18,236 bases of DNA from a virus (lineage: Duplodnaviria > Heunggongvirae > Uroviricota > Caudoviricetes): IMG/VR virus record IMGVR_UViG_2695420732_000030, positions 1-18,236 of that record, one strand, 5' to 3'. This document shows positions 1 to 8,147 of the stretch, one piece after another; positions within the stretch are counted from its first letter, which is position 1; the number at the start of each line of letters is the position of its first letter. The position numbers and the translations under genes were made by a program. The notes below the pieces were generated by a model. It ran no database searches. It had not been told where the DNA came from and saw only the letters and a list, made by a program, of their open reading frames with translations.

Positions 1-1236
1 CTATGATAACCGCGCATTCAACATGGCTATCTGTTCGTCGTTCATGTCATCAATCCACATACCGTAAATTTCATACACCATCTGCGCAGTTTCATGCCCC
101 ATTTGGCTGGCTATAAATGCCGGGTTCGCTCCTGCCGTCAACAGCCAGCAGGCAAAAGTATGCCGCGTATGGTACGGATTACGGCGGCGAATACCAGCAC
201 GTTTTACTGCTGCATTCCACCTTGCCCCCAAACTGCTTACCGAGTAATAAGGTTTTTGTTTTCCGTTACACACCCTGGGCATGAAAACAAAATGCAGTTT
301 TTGCTTTTCGGTTCTGCCGTACTCCCGATGATAAAAGGTGATTTCGCTTTTGCGATGATGCCCGGTCAGTTTGTATTGCTCCTTCAGTGCTTCAAGAGCA
401 GGCTGCAGTAGTGTTACTGTCCGGATCCCGGCATTTGTTTTTGGGGGACCGAACATATCAAGTATCGTCAGGTTTCTTCTGACATTCACTATTCCCTTTT
501 CGAGATCCACATCCTCCCACGCCAGAGCTGCCAGTTCCCCGTGACGAAGTCCTGAGTAAACTGCAAATTTCCACATGTTCTGGCTCTGTCCTTTTTCACT
601 TTCCATTAATGCATTGAATTCTGTTTTAGATAACGGATCAGGCTTTATTCTGTTTCGCTGTAATTTTTTTACTCCTTCAAATGGTTTGGTTGATATAAAT
701 CCCGACTGATACGCAAAACGTAACAGCGAACAGAGCAGGGCGATATAGTTATCAACTGTGCGCACGGTTCTTCCTTTTTTGTTGGATCTTGGATTATCCA
801 GGTAAAGCGTTTCTCCATGCAGCAGTTCATTCCGGTAGTTTAAGATATCGCTATAACGAATATGTGATATCAGGGTACTTTCACAAATTATTATTCTGAG
901 TGTTTTTAATTGTGATTTCGTTTTCTTCATTGTGTTTGTTGTTAACTCTGTCTCTTTAATTTTTGTCCAGATATCACAAAGCTCTCCGAACGTTTTTATG
1001 ACTCTCGTTGTCACCATTTTTGCCCCAGTGCTGGACTGGGGAAAACGTCTTAAATACTCAAATTCACCGGAGTTTATTTCATGAACTATCAGCGCTCTTA
1101 AATTTCCGGCCTTTTTAATATTACTGTTTGTAATCTCCCAGCCTTTTAATGTTTCCCGACATCGTTTTCCTCGAAACATGAACCAGATGCGAATGTATCT
1201 ACCTCTAATCTCGACACCTGTTGGTAATTTAGACAT
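1..1236 (-). CDS. intR: Tyrosine recombinase / prophage integrase, 411 aa, complete (stop at 1-3)
   Basis: 411-aa ORF with ATG at 1236; length and position (first gene, followed by xis-ralR-recT-recE) match the Rac integrase. Its start is 1 nt from the xis stop (TGAtATG). Confidence 0.88.
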   Translation of the reverse strand: MSKLPTGVEIRGRYIRIWFMFRGKRCRETLKGWEITNSNIKKAGNLRALIVHEINSGEFEYLRRFPQSSTGAKMVTTRVIKTFGELCDIWTKIKETELTTNTMKKTKSQLKTLRIIICESTLISHIRYSDILNYRNELLHGETLYLDNPRSNKKGRTVRTVDNYIALLCSLLRFAYQSGFISTKPFEGVKKLQRNRIKPDPLSKTEFNALMESEKGQSQNMWKFAVYSGLRHGELAALAWEDVDLEKGIVNVRRNLTILDMFGPPKTNAGIRTVTLLQPALEALKEQYKLTGHHRKSEITFYHREYGRTEKQKLHFVFMPRVCNGKQKPYYSVSSLGARWNAAVKRAGIRRRNPYHTRHTFACWLLTAGANPAFIASQMGHETAQMVYEIYGMWIDDMNDEQIAMLNARLS

Positions 1237-1237
1237 A

Positions 1238-1453
1238 TCATGAGTCTTTGATAAACTGATTTATCTTTGGATAGTTGTACCAGATAATCCCTCGTTTGCT
1301 GTCTGGCTTACCTAAAGGAGATACTCGTTTGAAGTGGAAGCCCTCCACCCAACAGTTCTGGCGGTATGCTTCAATTTGTCTGGCCCCCAGACCAGTGCGA
1401 AGCATCAGGCCGTATTCAACCATCCACTCTTCATTAAAGATTACTTGTGCCAT
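1238..1453 (-). CDS. xisR: Excisionase-like protein (YdaQ/XisR-like), 71 aa
   Basis: Track ORF 1238..1477 trimmed to the internal ATG at 1453, which has a GAGGTGA Shine-Dalgarno 5 nt upstream; product [23 protein letters not shown]... sits immediately upstream of int in the same operon. Confidence 0.72.
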   Translation of the reverse strand: MAQVIFNEEWMVEYGLMLRTGLGARQIEAYRQNCWVEGFHFKRVSPLGKPDSKRGIIWYNYPKINQFIKDS

Positions 1454-1552
1454 CGCATCACCTCTGGCAGGCGCCAATGTTAGACTGAAATTGACGCCCG
1501 ATGTTGATTATTAATAATCAGCTATGAAGTTTTAATTTGAATACAATGCAAT

Positions 1553-1741
1553 TCACGAGGACTGAAGTTTCTCGCAATTAAAATTTATCAGTTTTACTTT
1601 CTGCTCTCTGGAAACGCCTGCTTCTTTTTTACCTGAGAGCATTTTTTCGCATTCTGATTTCGTTAGTTTAGATTTTGAATATCTTGTCCAGTTAGTAGGA
1701 GTGCCACCTTCCTTTTCAATAGTGGCGGTAATTTTATACAT
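1553..1741 (-). CDS. ydaC: Small phage protein, YdaC-like (DUF1187-like), 62 aa from the SD-supported start
   Basis: Track ORF 1553..1813; the internal ATG at 1741 has a perfect GGAGG SD at 5-nt spacing and avoids an 80-nt overlap with ralR. The upstream ATG at 1813 has no SD. Position between xis and ralR as in Rac. Confidence 0.55.
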   Translation of the reverse strand: MYKITATIEKEGGTPTNWTRYSKSKLTKSECEKMLSGKKEAGVSREQKVKLINFNCEKLQSS

Positions 1742-1928
1742 GAACACCTCCGTTATTATTTCCAGTGGTTCGTTTATTCCATCTTTCGAGTGCTTCTTTT
1801 TCACTTCCACCATAACCGGTTCGGGATTCGCATCCGTTACACTTCGCTCGGTAATATCCTGAAATGACTTTCACCGTTACTGATGGACAACCACAAAATG
1901 GACATGGTTTAACATTGTCATATCTCAT
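1734..1928 (-). CDS. ralR: Restriction alleviation protein Lar/RalR, 64 aa
   Basis: Translation MRYDNVKPCPFCGCPSVTVK...RAKCNGCESRTGYGGSEKEALERWNKRTTGNNNGGVHV with CPFCGC/CNGC zinc motif, as recalled for Rac RalR; track ORF trimmed to the ATG at 1928. Confidence 0.8.
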   Translation of the reverse strand: MRYDNVKPCPFCGCPSVTVKVISGYYRAKCNGCESRTGYGGSEKEALERWNKRTTGNNNGGVHV

Positions 1929-1984
1929 AATTTTTCTCATAAAAAATATTTCAAGTTGGCGGTGCATTACACCGCCAGGCTGAA

Positions 1985-2794
1985 TTATTCCTCTGAATTA
2001 TCGATTACACTGTATTCCCCGGTTAATACAGAGGAATCTGCAGGATCGATTGTCAGTGGTTCCTTTTCATCCATTGATACTGCACGCTGGATCTCAATTG
2101 ATACGGGCAGATATTTGAACAGGCGACGAATAGCCGTTTTCTTTGCCATTTCTTCCCAGTGAGTTACCCACGGCCCGTTATTACCAGCTTTACTCAGGCT
2201 GCGCACCAGCTCAATCTGTTTGCGCGTCATAACTTCAAACTGAGTACCTCCGTCTTTCAGTCTTGCGACAGCATAGACGTGGGTAACCGGGGCATCTTCG
2301 TTTTCTCCCGGGCGGTGTATTAACTTTTCATCAAGGCCAAATTCGAAGCTAAACTCGTCACCTTCACGGACAACACGGGCTGACAGGCTGGCGATTTGAC
2401 CAGAACGGCGAGCCAGATCAATCATGCCGCGATAGCCAATGATTAGCTGAACGTTCTTTTTACCGCTCTTTTCGTTTTTATTACCAAAAGGCAGTAAATA
2501 TGCATGACCGAGGGCGCTACCTGGCTCAAGTCCGAGCTGTGAACACTGTACGATCGCACTGACAAAACTCATAGTGTCACAGTTTCCTAACGCCGGAACT
2601 TTACTAATTTCTGTGGTGGCGATACGGATCATACGTTCAGCCGTCATATGGCGTGGAAGAGCTGCTGCCAGTTGCTCTTTCATTGCCGGGCTGTTAATCA
2701 CGCACAGCACATCCTTATCGTTAACTGCTGCTGGTGCACGGTTTCCCTGAGTTTTTTGCAGATCGGCTTTTGCGATAGGTGGTTGCTTAATCAT
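1985..2794 (-). CDS. recT: RecT single-strand annealing recombinase, 269 aa
   Basis: Protein from [24 protein letters not shown]... matches RecT as recalled; ATG at 2794 has an AAGGAG SD 8 nt upstream; the start overlaps the recE stop by 8 nt (ATGATTAA), as known for recE-recT. Confidence 0.92.
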   Translation of the reverse strand: MIKQPPIAKADLQKTQGNRAPAAVNDKDVLCVINSPAMKEQLAAALPRHMTAERMIRIATTEISKVPALGNCDTMSFVSAIVQCSQLGLEPGSALGHAYLLPFGNKNEKSGKKNVQLIIGYRGMIDLARRSGQIASLSARVVREGDEFSFEFGLDEKLIHRPGENEDAPVTHVYAVARLKDGGTQFEVMTRKQIELVRSLSKAGNNGPWVTHWEEMAKKTAIRRLFKYLPVSIEIQRAVSMDEKEPLTIDPADSSVLTGEYSVIDNSEE

Positions 2795-5459
2795 TTGCAT
2801 ACTCCTTAGCCCAGCGGGGCAGTGATAACGTCTTAATAGCTGGCCATTCATCGGTATTTAGGCAGTCAGCCAGGGTCCGCAGATTGCGGTGATATTCCTG
2901 CTGGCCTGCCAGTTTTGCTTCTTCGCCCATCATGAAAATCTCAACCGGATAACGTCCGCATTCAACAGTTGTGCTGGCAACCAGAAAAACGAAAGTTGGC
3001 TGCACGCCAAACTGTGCTTCATAACCGTCACTGTAGAATGCATCCTGAACGTGATAGCGGTAGTCGTAATAAGCCGTTTTGAATCGTTGAATATCCGCTG
3101 TGGTTTTCACGTCCATGATCCAGTGAAATTCAGGAATAATTTTGTCCGGACGGCACCGACACAAAATTCCTGTTTCCGGATCTTCCCAGTAAATTGATGA
3201 TTCAGCGTGTCCGGCGCTTTCAACAAGCCATTGCCCCAGCGGCAAAGCCATAACGCTTTGATACATGAGTTCAATTTTCCGGCCTTCTTCCGCAGTGATA
3301 ACCGTTTTTCCTGTGCTTGCGCATTCCATCAGAAACGCTTTCTCTTCTTCTTTTCCGGCGGTTGTACGGCGGTTAAATTCAGGTGCTACGATAAAGCGGT
3401 TACTGAATTCTTCCGGTTCAAGTACCCGGCAGTGGAAAGCGGTTCCTAAATCGAGCGTTTTTGTCTTTGTAGTGTCCACGGGGGCATTTTTACGCCACAA
3501 ATACAGTGCCGGAGTATCAGCAATGTCATCGAGCTGAGACTTACTGACACCGGGACCCGCGTGGTAATTCTCATTCGAAATTCCGTAATAAATACCTGGC
3601 TCTATGTCTTCTACGATTACGGGATCTGCGACTTCGCCAGTTTCATCACTGCAATCGCGATGCGGATCGCTGCCAGCATTCTCATTGTGCGGATGTTCAG
3701 CGCCTTCCATTTCCTCCGGATCTTTTTCCTTAGCTTCAACCTGATTCTCTTCACCGAATGTTTCCTGGTATGTTGCGTCGCCCATCACCGCGCCACAATC
3801 AGGGCAGTTGCCGCCACCGCTCTGACCGCAGGCGGTGCAGACTTTTTCCGGTTCCTGTTGCGCTACTGGTTCGGATTGTTTCGTTTCTGGCTCGTTTTGT
3901 AACGCATTTGGGCTGTTTTGTTCCGCTTTTTGGTCGTTCCGTTCCGATTCATGCTGGTTCTGGTTCACAGAATCGCGAGTCTGGATCCCCTTGACCCATT
4001 TCGGATCATTAGGGTCGCTAATCCCCTCAACAAATTCACCACGCGATACAGCAAGTAACTTATCGGCGTCAGGCTGGCTGATATTGGCTGCCTGCATAAT
4101 TTTGTTTACTTCGTCAGCGGTGACTTTTACTTGGTTAGCGGAACTCACCTGCGACTGAGCATCCAGCGACTGCGCGTTCTGGCCATGTTCAGTTGTATCC
4201 GGTTCCATTGTTTCAGTTGTTGCCTGTTCACCTGCCATTGCGTCAGATGGTTGTGGTTTTTCTTCTTCTGTTTCACGCTCAGTAACCACCTCGCGGTTAA
4301 TTTCTTCCAGGATATCTTTTTCCGGTGTATGCCGGGCAGCTGTGAGAGTTTCCTTGCTGGGGTTCTCGTGATCAGTTTCCGTCAAATAGGCGTTGATATA
4401 CCCCTGAAGGCGTCCCGGGTAGTGATAAAATTCAGGGTGTGCGCTTCGGATAAGTGCAAAAATAGCGGCGCGGGAATAGTCCAGAATACCCGGGGTTGCA
4501 CGAAGTGCTGCGGACCATTCTTTGAACGGACTTTCTTTGTTCAGGACTACTTCTTTTGCGCGACGATAAACGCTGCCCGGAATTTCATAAATATTAAAAT
4601 CCATCGGAAGTGTGGCTGCTGCAATCTCCACATCCAGTGTGTCGAGGGTGTGTACTAAATTCGGATTGCGATCGGTTTTGTTCCCACCGCCAGCATTAGC
4701 ACCGGAAGCCGTGCGGGTGATGCGTGAAACACGATTTCCTTTCATCCACTCTTTTGTCAGCAGACCCCGATAAGTGTAGTCAGCGTCCAGGTATGCTTCG
4801 AAAAAAGCAGTTATTAGTCCCAGGTCTGAATTACCAGGATTAGGGAAAACTTTGTCAGTGTCACGAACCAGTTTGTGGAGGTCGCGAATCTCCAGCGAGT
4901 CGAGCAGACTGGTTTTATGCGAAATAGCCAGGGCAGTAACAGCCGGTAGTTCTTCAGCCCGTGCAATGTGTAATGCCTGGAGTTCGTCGCGTGAAACGTG
5001 CGTTACTGGTTTTTCGCTGCCGTGTTGAGCAAGCCAACGAATGGGCAGTTCCTGACCGGAGACAGGCAGAAGCATGCTCTCCTCAATCTCAGTCATGTCT
5101 TCGCCGTTGATGTTGGTATTGTCAGTGCTGGCTGGTTTATCCTGAACAGAGGGTGACGGGGCGATAAATACCATTGTGATGCCATCCTCCCCGCCTTTTT
5201 CGTATCGGTTGCAGAATTCCGTATCAAATACGCCTTCTGGTGGGAGGTCATCAACAACGGGCAAATTGACGCGAACAGGTTTTTTAAAGTCATCTTCATC
5301 GTAGCCAGCATCGTCAATCGCAACAGCACCACGGGAGATGGCAATGGATAATTTTTTCGCTTCAGCCCAGTAAAAACCGCCTTTAATACCGAGACGTTTT
5401 CTTACTTTGTCATTTTTGGCTTCGTAATACAGTGGGAAAACTTGTTTATCGGTGCTCAT
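2787..5459 (-). CDS. recE: Exodeoxyribonuclease VIII (RecE), 890 aa variant
   Basis: C-terminal ~280 aa ([24 protein letters not shown]...[12 protein letters not shown]...) resemble the RecE PD-(D/E)XK nuclease domain; N-terminal and central acidic linker as recalled for RecE but divergent and longer than the K-12 form (recalled as 866 aa); ATG at 5459. Confidence 0.9.
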   Translation of the reverse strand: MSTDKQVFPLYYEAKNDKVRKRLGIKGGFYWAEAKKLSIAISRGAVAIDDAGYDEDDFKKPVRVNLPVVDDLPPEGVFDTEFCNRYEKGGEDGITMVFIAPSPSVQDKPASTDNTNINGEDMTEIEESMLLPVSGQELPIRWLAQHGSEKPVTHVSRDELQALHIARAEELPAVTALAISHKTSLLDSLEIRDLHKLVRDTDKVFPNPGNSDLGLITAFFEAYLDADYTYRGLLTKEWMKGNRVSRITRTASGANAGGGNKTDRNPNLVHTLDTLDVEIAAATLPMDFNIYEIPGSVYRRAKEVVLNKESPFKEWSAALRATPGILDYSRAAIFALIRSAHPEFYHYPGRLQGYINAYLTETDHENPSKETLTAARHTPEKDILEEINREVVTERETEEEKPQPSDAMAGEQATTETMEPDTTEHGQNAQSLDAQSQVSSANQVKVTADEVNKIMQAANISQPDADKLLAVSRGEFVEGISDPNDPKWVKGIQTRDSVNQNQHESERNDQKAEQNSPNALQNEPETKQSEPVAQQEPEKVCTACGQSGGGNCPDCGAVMGDATYQETFGEENQVEAKEKDPEEMEGAEHPHNENAGSDPHRDCSDETGEVADPVIVEDIEPGIYYGISNENYHAGPGVSKSQLDDIADTPALYLWRKNAPVDTTKTKTLDLGTAFHCRVLEPEEFSNRFIVAPEFNRRTTAGKEEEKAFLMECASTGKTVITAEEGRKIELMYQSVMALPLGQWLVESAGHAESSIYWEDPETGILCRCRPDKIIPEFHWIMDVKTTADIQRFKTAYYDYRYHVQDAFYSDGYEAQFGVQPTFVFLVASTTVECGRYPVEIFMMGEEAKLAGQQEYHRNLRTLADCLNTDEWPAIKTLSLPRWAKEYAND

Positions 5460-5527
5460 TGTTTTTTAACCTCAACTCAGATTAAAATTATTGCGAGTGA
5501 TGAATAAATGTCCCGGGTTCTTGACTC

Positions 5528-5555
5528 AGGCCTGCGCTGAGTGCAGGCCTTTTTC
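5528..5555 (+). terminator. GC-rich hairpin (AGGCCTGC-N7-GCAGGCCT) followed by TTTTT on the plus strand, between racC and recE
   Basis: Perfect 8-bp stem at 5528-5535/5543-5550 and T-run 5551-5554. The U-tract is on the plus strand only, so it would terminate transcription antisense to the recET operon. Confidence 0.3.
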
Positions 5556-5559
5556 CCAT

Positions 5560-5835
5560 TCAGATTTCGCCTTTTTGTTCCATCTCAATCAGAGTTGCCA
5601 TAATCCTGTCTTTTTTCTCTGCTGGAATATTCTTTATGATGTGCACCATGCACATTTTTTTTACACCTTCGTGAAGTGTTTTAACGTTGCCTGATGGACC
5701 GTCGATATCAACCACGGTGAATGGGGTTTCTTTATTTTCTGTTTTAATCACGTAGCCAATGAGTTTTCCTTCCAGGATAACTTCGTGAACAACGTCATCA
5801 GTAGTAACAACAGTGGCTTCATAACTGGTAATCAT
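5560..5835 (-). CDS. racC: RacC-like protein, 91 aa
   Basis: Translation from MITSYEATVVTTDD... matches RacC as recalled; track ORF trimmed to ATG at 5835 with an AAGGAG SD at 6-nt spacing. Confidence 0.8.
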   Translation of the reverse strand: MITSYEATVVTTDDVVHEVILEGKLIGYVIKTENKETPFTVVDIDGPSGNVKTLHEGVKKMCMVHIIKNIPAEKKDRIMATLIEMEQKGEI

Positions 5836-5909
5836 GTTTTTCTCCTTAATTAAGGTTGAGCGAATCCCTGCCATTGCTGGCATAAATTCAGTTTCGGATA
5901 GTCAGTTAA

Positions 5910-6080
5910 TTAAAGTTCGTGTGCCATCTGGTCTTTTTCGGCACAGATTTCACTACAATATTTTTTCATTTCCGTCGTTGGTATAACTCCACGCATGAAA
6001 TGAAGTGGTCTTGTAATGATTTTGCTTTCTTCAATTTCTTTATTGCAAAGGTGATAAGCACATTTTATTTTCTTAGTCAT
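5910..6080 (-). CDS. ydaE: YdaE-like small Cys-rich (zinc-binding) protein, 56 aa; not in the ORF track
   Basis: Hand translation of the minus strand from ATG 6080: [56 protein letters not shown]. The ATG overlaps the kilR stop (TAATG). Position between racC and kilR as in Rac. Confidence 0.65.
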   Translation of the reverse strand: MTKKIKCAYHLCNKEIEESKIITRPLHFMRGVIPTTEMKKYCSEICAEKDQMAHEL

Positions 6081-6301
6081 TACCATGACTCCGCCTTTAC
6101 AGGTAAACCATCACGACCGAGGAAGACTCTAATCATGCAGTCAGAAATGCATGTTTTTGTAGTCAGGCTACGAATATAAAGTTTTCGCTTTTTAATATTG
6201 TTTGCCGAGGCGATATATGTCCGACCTTCATGAAGAACATAATCGCCAGGAGTCACACACTGACGTGGTATTTCATCAGTTCCGAAGTGATGAGCAATCA
6301 T
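6080..6301 (-). CDS. kilR: KilR, FtsZ-targeting cell-division inhibitor of Rac, 73 aa
   Basis: Translation [46 protein letters not shown]... matches KilR as recalled; ATG at 6301 has a GGAG SD 7 nt upstream; track ORF trimmed by 4 codons. Confidence 0.8.
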   Translation of the reverse strand: MIAHHFGTDEIPRQCVTPGDYVLHEGRTYIASANNIKKRKLYIRSLTTKTCISDCMIRVFLGRDGLPVKAESW

Positions 6302-6465
6302 AATTATCTCCATTTTTACAAATGAATTTTGTCGATGCGGTGCCTGGTGCCTCCAGGTGACGTTAACCAGTTAACAATTAACGCCGGATAATCCACCCAT
6401 AACACTGATGCTTTTAACTGTGCCGCGTGCGCTTAGCCGCATTCACCGCATCACAAAATTCACTT

Positions 6466-6512
6466 TAAAAAGGCGGACATCAGTCGAACTTCAAGAAAAA
6501 ACTGATGCCGCC
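6466..6512 (-). terminator. Candidate intrinsic terminator on the minus strand (12-bp interrupted stem, then UUUUUAAAG)
   Basis: GGCGGaCATCAGT (6472-6484) pairs with ACTGATGCCGCC (6501-6512) around a 16-nt loop; on the minus strand the T-run corresponds to A 6467-6471. Lies ~180 nt downstream of the minus ORF ending at 6692 and upstream of kilR. Confidence 0.35.
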
Positions 6513-6691
6513 AAGACTACACACAGCAGTGTTGTTAGTCACAACCGGAGGCGCACTCCCACCATTTAAATTTAACAGACAAGACCGACTCTTTATGGAT
6601 ATCGGAAATGCGCCTTCGTGTTGTGCCCGGTTTTATTTCACCACCTCCGGGCTTCGGTGGTTTTCGTTATTCCCCAACAGCGAAAATTAGG

Positions 6692-7042
6692 TTAATCTGA
6701 ATATCCCCCAACAGATGGAAGGATTTTTCTATGCTCGAAAATCAGACCTTGAAGGTTGCCTGCCCTGATTGCGGCAGTGAGATGCTCAAGCGGCCCGATG
6801 ATTTTGACTTTGACACTAATTTCGTTGGCGTTAGTTGTGCCGAATGTGGTCGAGAAATCACTAAGGACGATGTTATTAAGCAAGGAAAAAATGTAGTTCA
6901 GAAACAAGTCAATGACATGCTCCGGAACACCCTCAAAGGCAGCGGGTGGAAGTTTAAATAACCCATGTATCGCACTAAAGTGTTCCGTTACTTCTGTAGC
7001 GTCTATGGTAAGTTTGATAGGCGCTATTTTCACTCCCGTCAT
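6692..7042 (-). CDS. Hypothetical protein, 116 aa, at the position where K-12 Rac carries sieB; fully antisense-overlaps the plus ORF 6731..6961
   Basis: ATG at 7042 with GAGGTGA SD 5-6 nt upstream; near-consensus sigma70 promoter ~70 nt upstream on the same strand (7119-7147); candidate terminator downstream (6466-6512). No recognisable family. Confidence 0.42.
   Translation of the reverse strand: MTGVKIAPIKLTIDATEVTEHFSAIHGLFKLPPAAFEGVPEHVIDLFLNYIFSLLNNIVLSDFSTTFGTTNANEISVKVKIIGPLEHLTAAIRAGNLQGLIFEHRKILPSVGGYSD
6731..6961 (+). CDS. Hypothetical zinc-ribbon protein, 76 aa (CPDCG-x22-CAECG)
   Basis: ATG at 6731 with AAGGA SD; two CxxC pairs 22 residues apart; about 70% purine at codon position 1. 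Lies entirely inside the antisense ORF 6692..7042, so one of the two may be a shadow frame. Confidence 0.45.
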   Translation: MLENQTLKVACPDCGSEMLKRPDDFDFDTNFVGVSCAECGREITKDDVIKQGKNVVQKQVNDMLRNTLKGSGWKFK

Positions 7043-7118
7043 ACATCACCTCAAATCTTTTCCCTTAACGCCGGGTGGCGGAACTAAAACCTACAGCGCC
7101 GTGCTGTTCTCGATAGAA

Positions 7119-7147
7119 ATATTAGTGACACGTATATTTTAAGTCAA
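7119..7147 (-). promoter_or_regulatory. Near-consensus sigma70 promoter on the minus strand: -35 TTGACT, 17-bp spacer, -10 TAATAT (PL-like position)
   Basis: Reverse complement of 7119-7147 reads TTGACT-N17-TAATAT; sits between the repressor-gene terminator and the 116-aa minus ORF, pointing toward the kilR-recET-int operon. Confidence 0.5.
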
Positions 7148-7243
7148 CAGCAAGGCGTATTATATTTTTGATTTTGTAACTATGTAAATGTTTTTCAAGG
7201 GAAAAATATTAGTTATACAGCTGATTTGCAGAAGTTATGGCAC

Positions 7244-7277
7244 AAAAAAAACCGACTAAGACGTCGGTTTTTTTTTG
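7244..7277. terminator. Bidirectional intrinsic terminator (A8-CCGAC-loop-GTCGG-T9)
   Basis: AAAAAAAACCGACtaagacGTCGGTTTTTTTTT; 25 nt downstream of the repressor stop (7303) on the minus strand and downstream of the 6731..6961 plus ORF. Confidence 0.7.
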
Positions 7278-7302
7278 TTGTGGGTGGGGTAGTGAGCGGT
7301 GG

Positions 7303-7764
7303 CTACTGGTTACGTTTCTTTAGTGCCAGCATGTTCTCGAAGGCTTCCTCGTAGAGCTTGTTTAGTCCACGTAGCTGGTTAAGGAGTTTGGCTTTTTCTG
7401 ACGCAGGTAGAATCTCGAAGAGGTTAAGTAACTCTGCCTGTTCTTCATTGACCAGCCTCCATCCTTTGCCTGAAAAGCTATCATCATAAGTATCTGATGA
7501 TCTTACATAATTCATTAAGTCTTTAAGGTCTTCTCGAATGTCCTCTGGTTTTACCTTTAACAGAGCCGCAAATTTTAGCGCAGCGTCGGTATTTACCGGT
7601 ATCTTGCCGTTCAGATACTGGCTAACGGTGCCTTGAGATTCGAATCCCAACAACTCAGCCGCCAACTCTTGAGTCAGCTTCAGCTCTTTTTTTCTTGCAT
7701 TCCATGCGGCTTTTAAATTCTTGCTCGCTTCTGGAGTTGCAATCACTTCGCGTGTTTTTTTCAT
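7303..7764 (-). CDS. Prophage repressor, HTH XRE/cI-type (RacR-like), 153 aa, no S24 peptidase domain
   Basis: HTH motif LTQELAAELLGFESQGTVSQYLNGK; divergently transcribed from a Cro-like gene; the acidic/helical C-terminal half lacks the Ser-Lys autocleavage module. Confidence 0.8.
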   Translation of the reverse strand: MKKTREVIATPEASKNLKAAWNARKKELKLTQELAAELLGFESQGTVSQYLNGKIPVNTDAALKFAALLKVKPEDIREDLKDLMNYVRSSDTYDDSFSGKGWRLVNEEQAELLNLFEILPASEKAKLLNQLRGLNKLYEEAFENMLALKKRNQ

Positions 7765-7800
7765 ACATAGAGTTTATTTGTTTTACCAATATTATCAAAG

Positions 7801-7841
7801 ATAGTCTGACTATTGATCTTTAAAATTAGTAGGGCTAATAT
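7801..7841 (+). promoter_or_regulatory. PR-like promoter (-35 TTGATC 7813-7818, 17-bp spacer, -10 TAATAT 7836-7841) overlapped by the perfect palindrome ATAGTCTGACTAT (7801-7813), a candidate operator
   Basis: Read directly from the sequence in the 107-bp divergent intergenic region between the repressor and Cro-like genes. Confidence 0.5.
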
Positions 7842-7871
7842 TTGCTCGAGGCATAACGTAGAAGGTTGGCT

Positions 7872-8147
7872 ATGAACTTAAGAGACTATTTAAAAGAGAA
7901 ACATATCACCCAGCTACAGTTTGGGAAGCTAACGGGTTTATCTCAGGTGCATGTAAGTCGAGTGCTGGGGGGCTATGAAAGATTCAGCCCTGAAAAAGCA
8001 TTACGTGTTGCTGAAGTAACGAATTTCGAGGTTACACCTCATGAACTCCGGCCTGATATCTACCCGAATCCAACCGACGGTTTACCTGTTGGATGTAAGG
8101 CTAACACACAAAATACACAGGAGTTGATTCATGAAAATCAGGCATGA
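7872..8147 (+). CDS. Cro/YdaS-like HTH DNA-binding protein, 91 aa
   Basis: HTH ITQLQFGKLTGLSQVHVSRVLGG; ATG at 7872 with AAGG SD (track start 7866 is a TTG); first gene rightward of the repressor; its stop overlaps the next gene's start (ATGA). Confidence 0.7.
   Translation: MNLRDYLKEKHITQLQFGKLTGLSQVHVSRVLGGYERFSPEKALRVAEVTNFEVTPHELRPDIYPNPTDGLPVGCKANTQNTQELIHENQA

Noticed and set aside
94-411. 105-aa plus-strand ORF inside the integrase gene
   Set aside because: Entirely antisense to the well-supported 411-aa integrase CDS; no SD; typical shadow ORF.
1275-1514. 79-aa plus ORF opposite the excisionase gene
   Set aside because: Antisense shadow of the xis-like CDS, with no ribosome-binding site.
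1956-2162. 68-aa plus-strand ORF opposite recT
   Set aside because: Antisense to the recT CDS, which matches RecT as recalled; no SD.
2889-4658. Series of plus-strand ORFs (2889..3197, 3207..3449, 3265..3537, 3561..3902, 3758..3994, 3835..4158, 4131..4658)
   Set aside because: All lie antisense within recE; Cys/Phe-rich, low-complexity translations typical of the reverse strand of an acidic coding region.
5093-5344. 83-aa minus ORF inside recE in another frame
   Set aside because: Same strand but out of frame with the recognisable RecE reading frame.
5491-6179. Plus-strand ORFs 5491..5694 and 5919..6179
   Set aside because: Overlap racC and ydaE/kilR on the opposite strand; the minus-strand genes have SDs and match Rac proteins as recalled.
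6505-6690. 61-aa plus ORF in the kilR-distal intergenic region
   Set aside because: No SD, starts inside a hairpin, Pro/Cys-rich low-complexity product; the region more likely carries regulatory RNA structure.
7043-7110. Possible nut site (boxA/boxB) for an N-like antiterminator in the leader of the 116-aa ORF
   Set aside because: A small CGCC-GGGT-GGCG hairpin is present but there is no convincing boxA (CGCTCTTA-like), and the 116-aa product is not Arg-rich like N.
6912-7142. 76-aa plus ORF 6912..7142
   Set aside because: Overlaps the tail of the zinc-ribbon ORF and the minus promoter; no SD.
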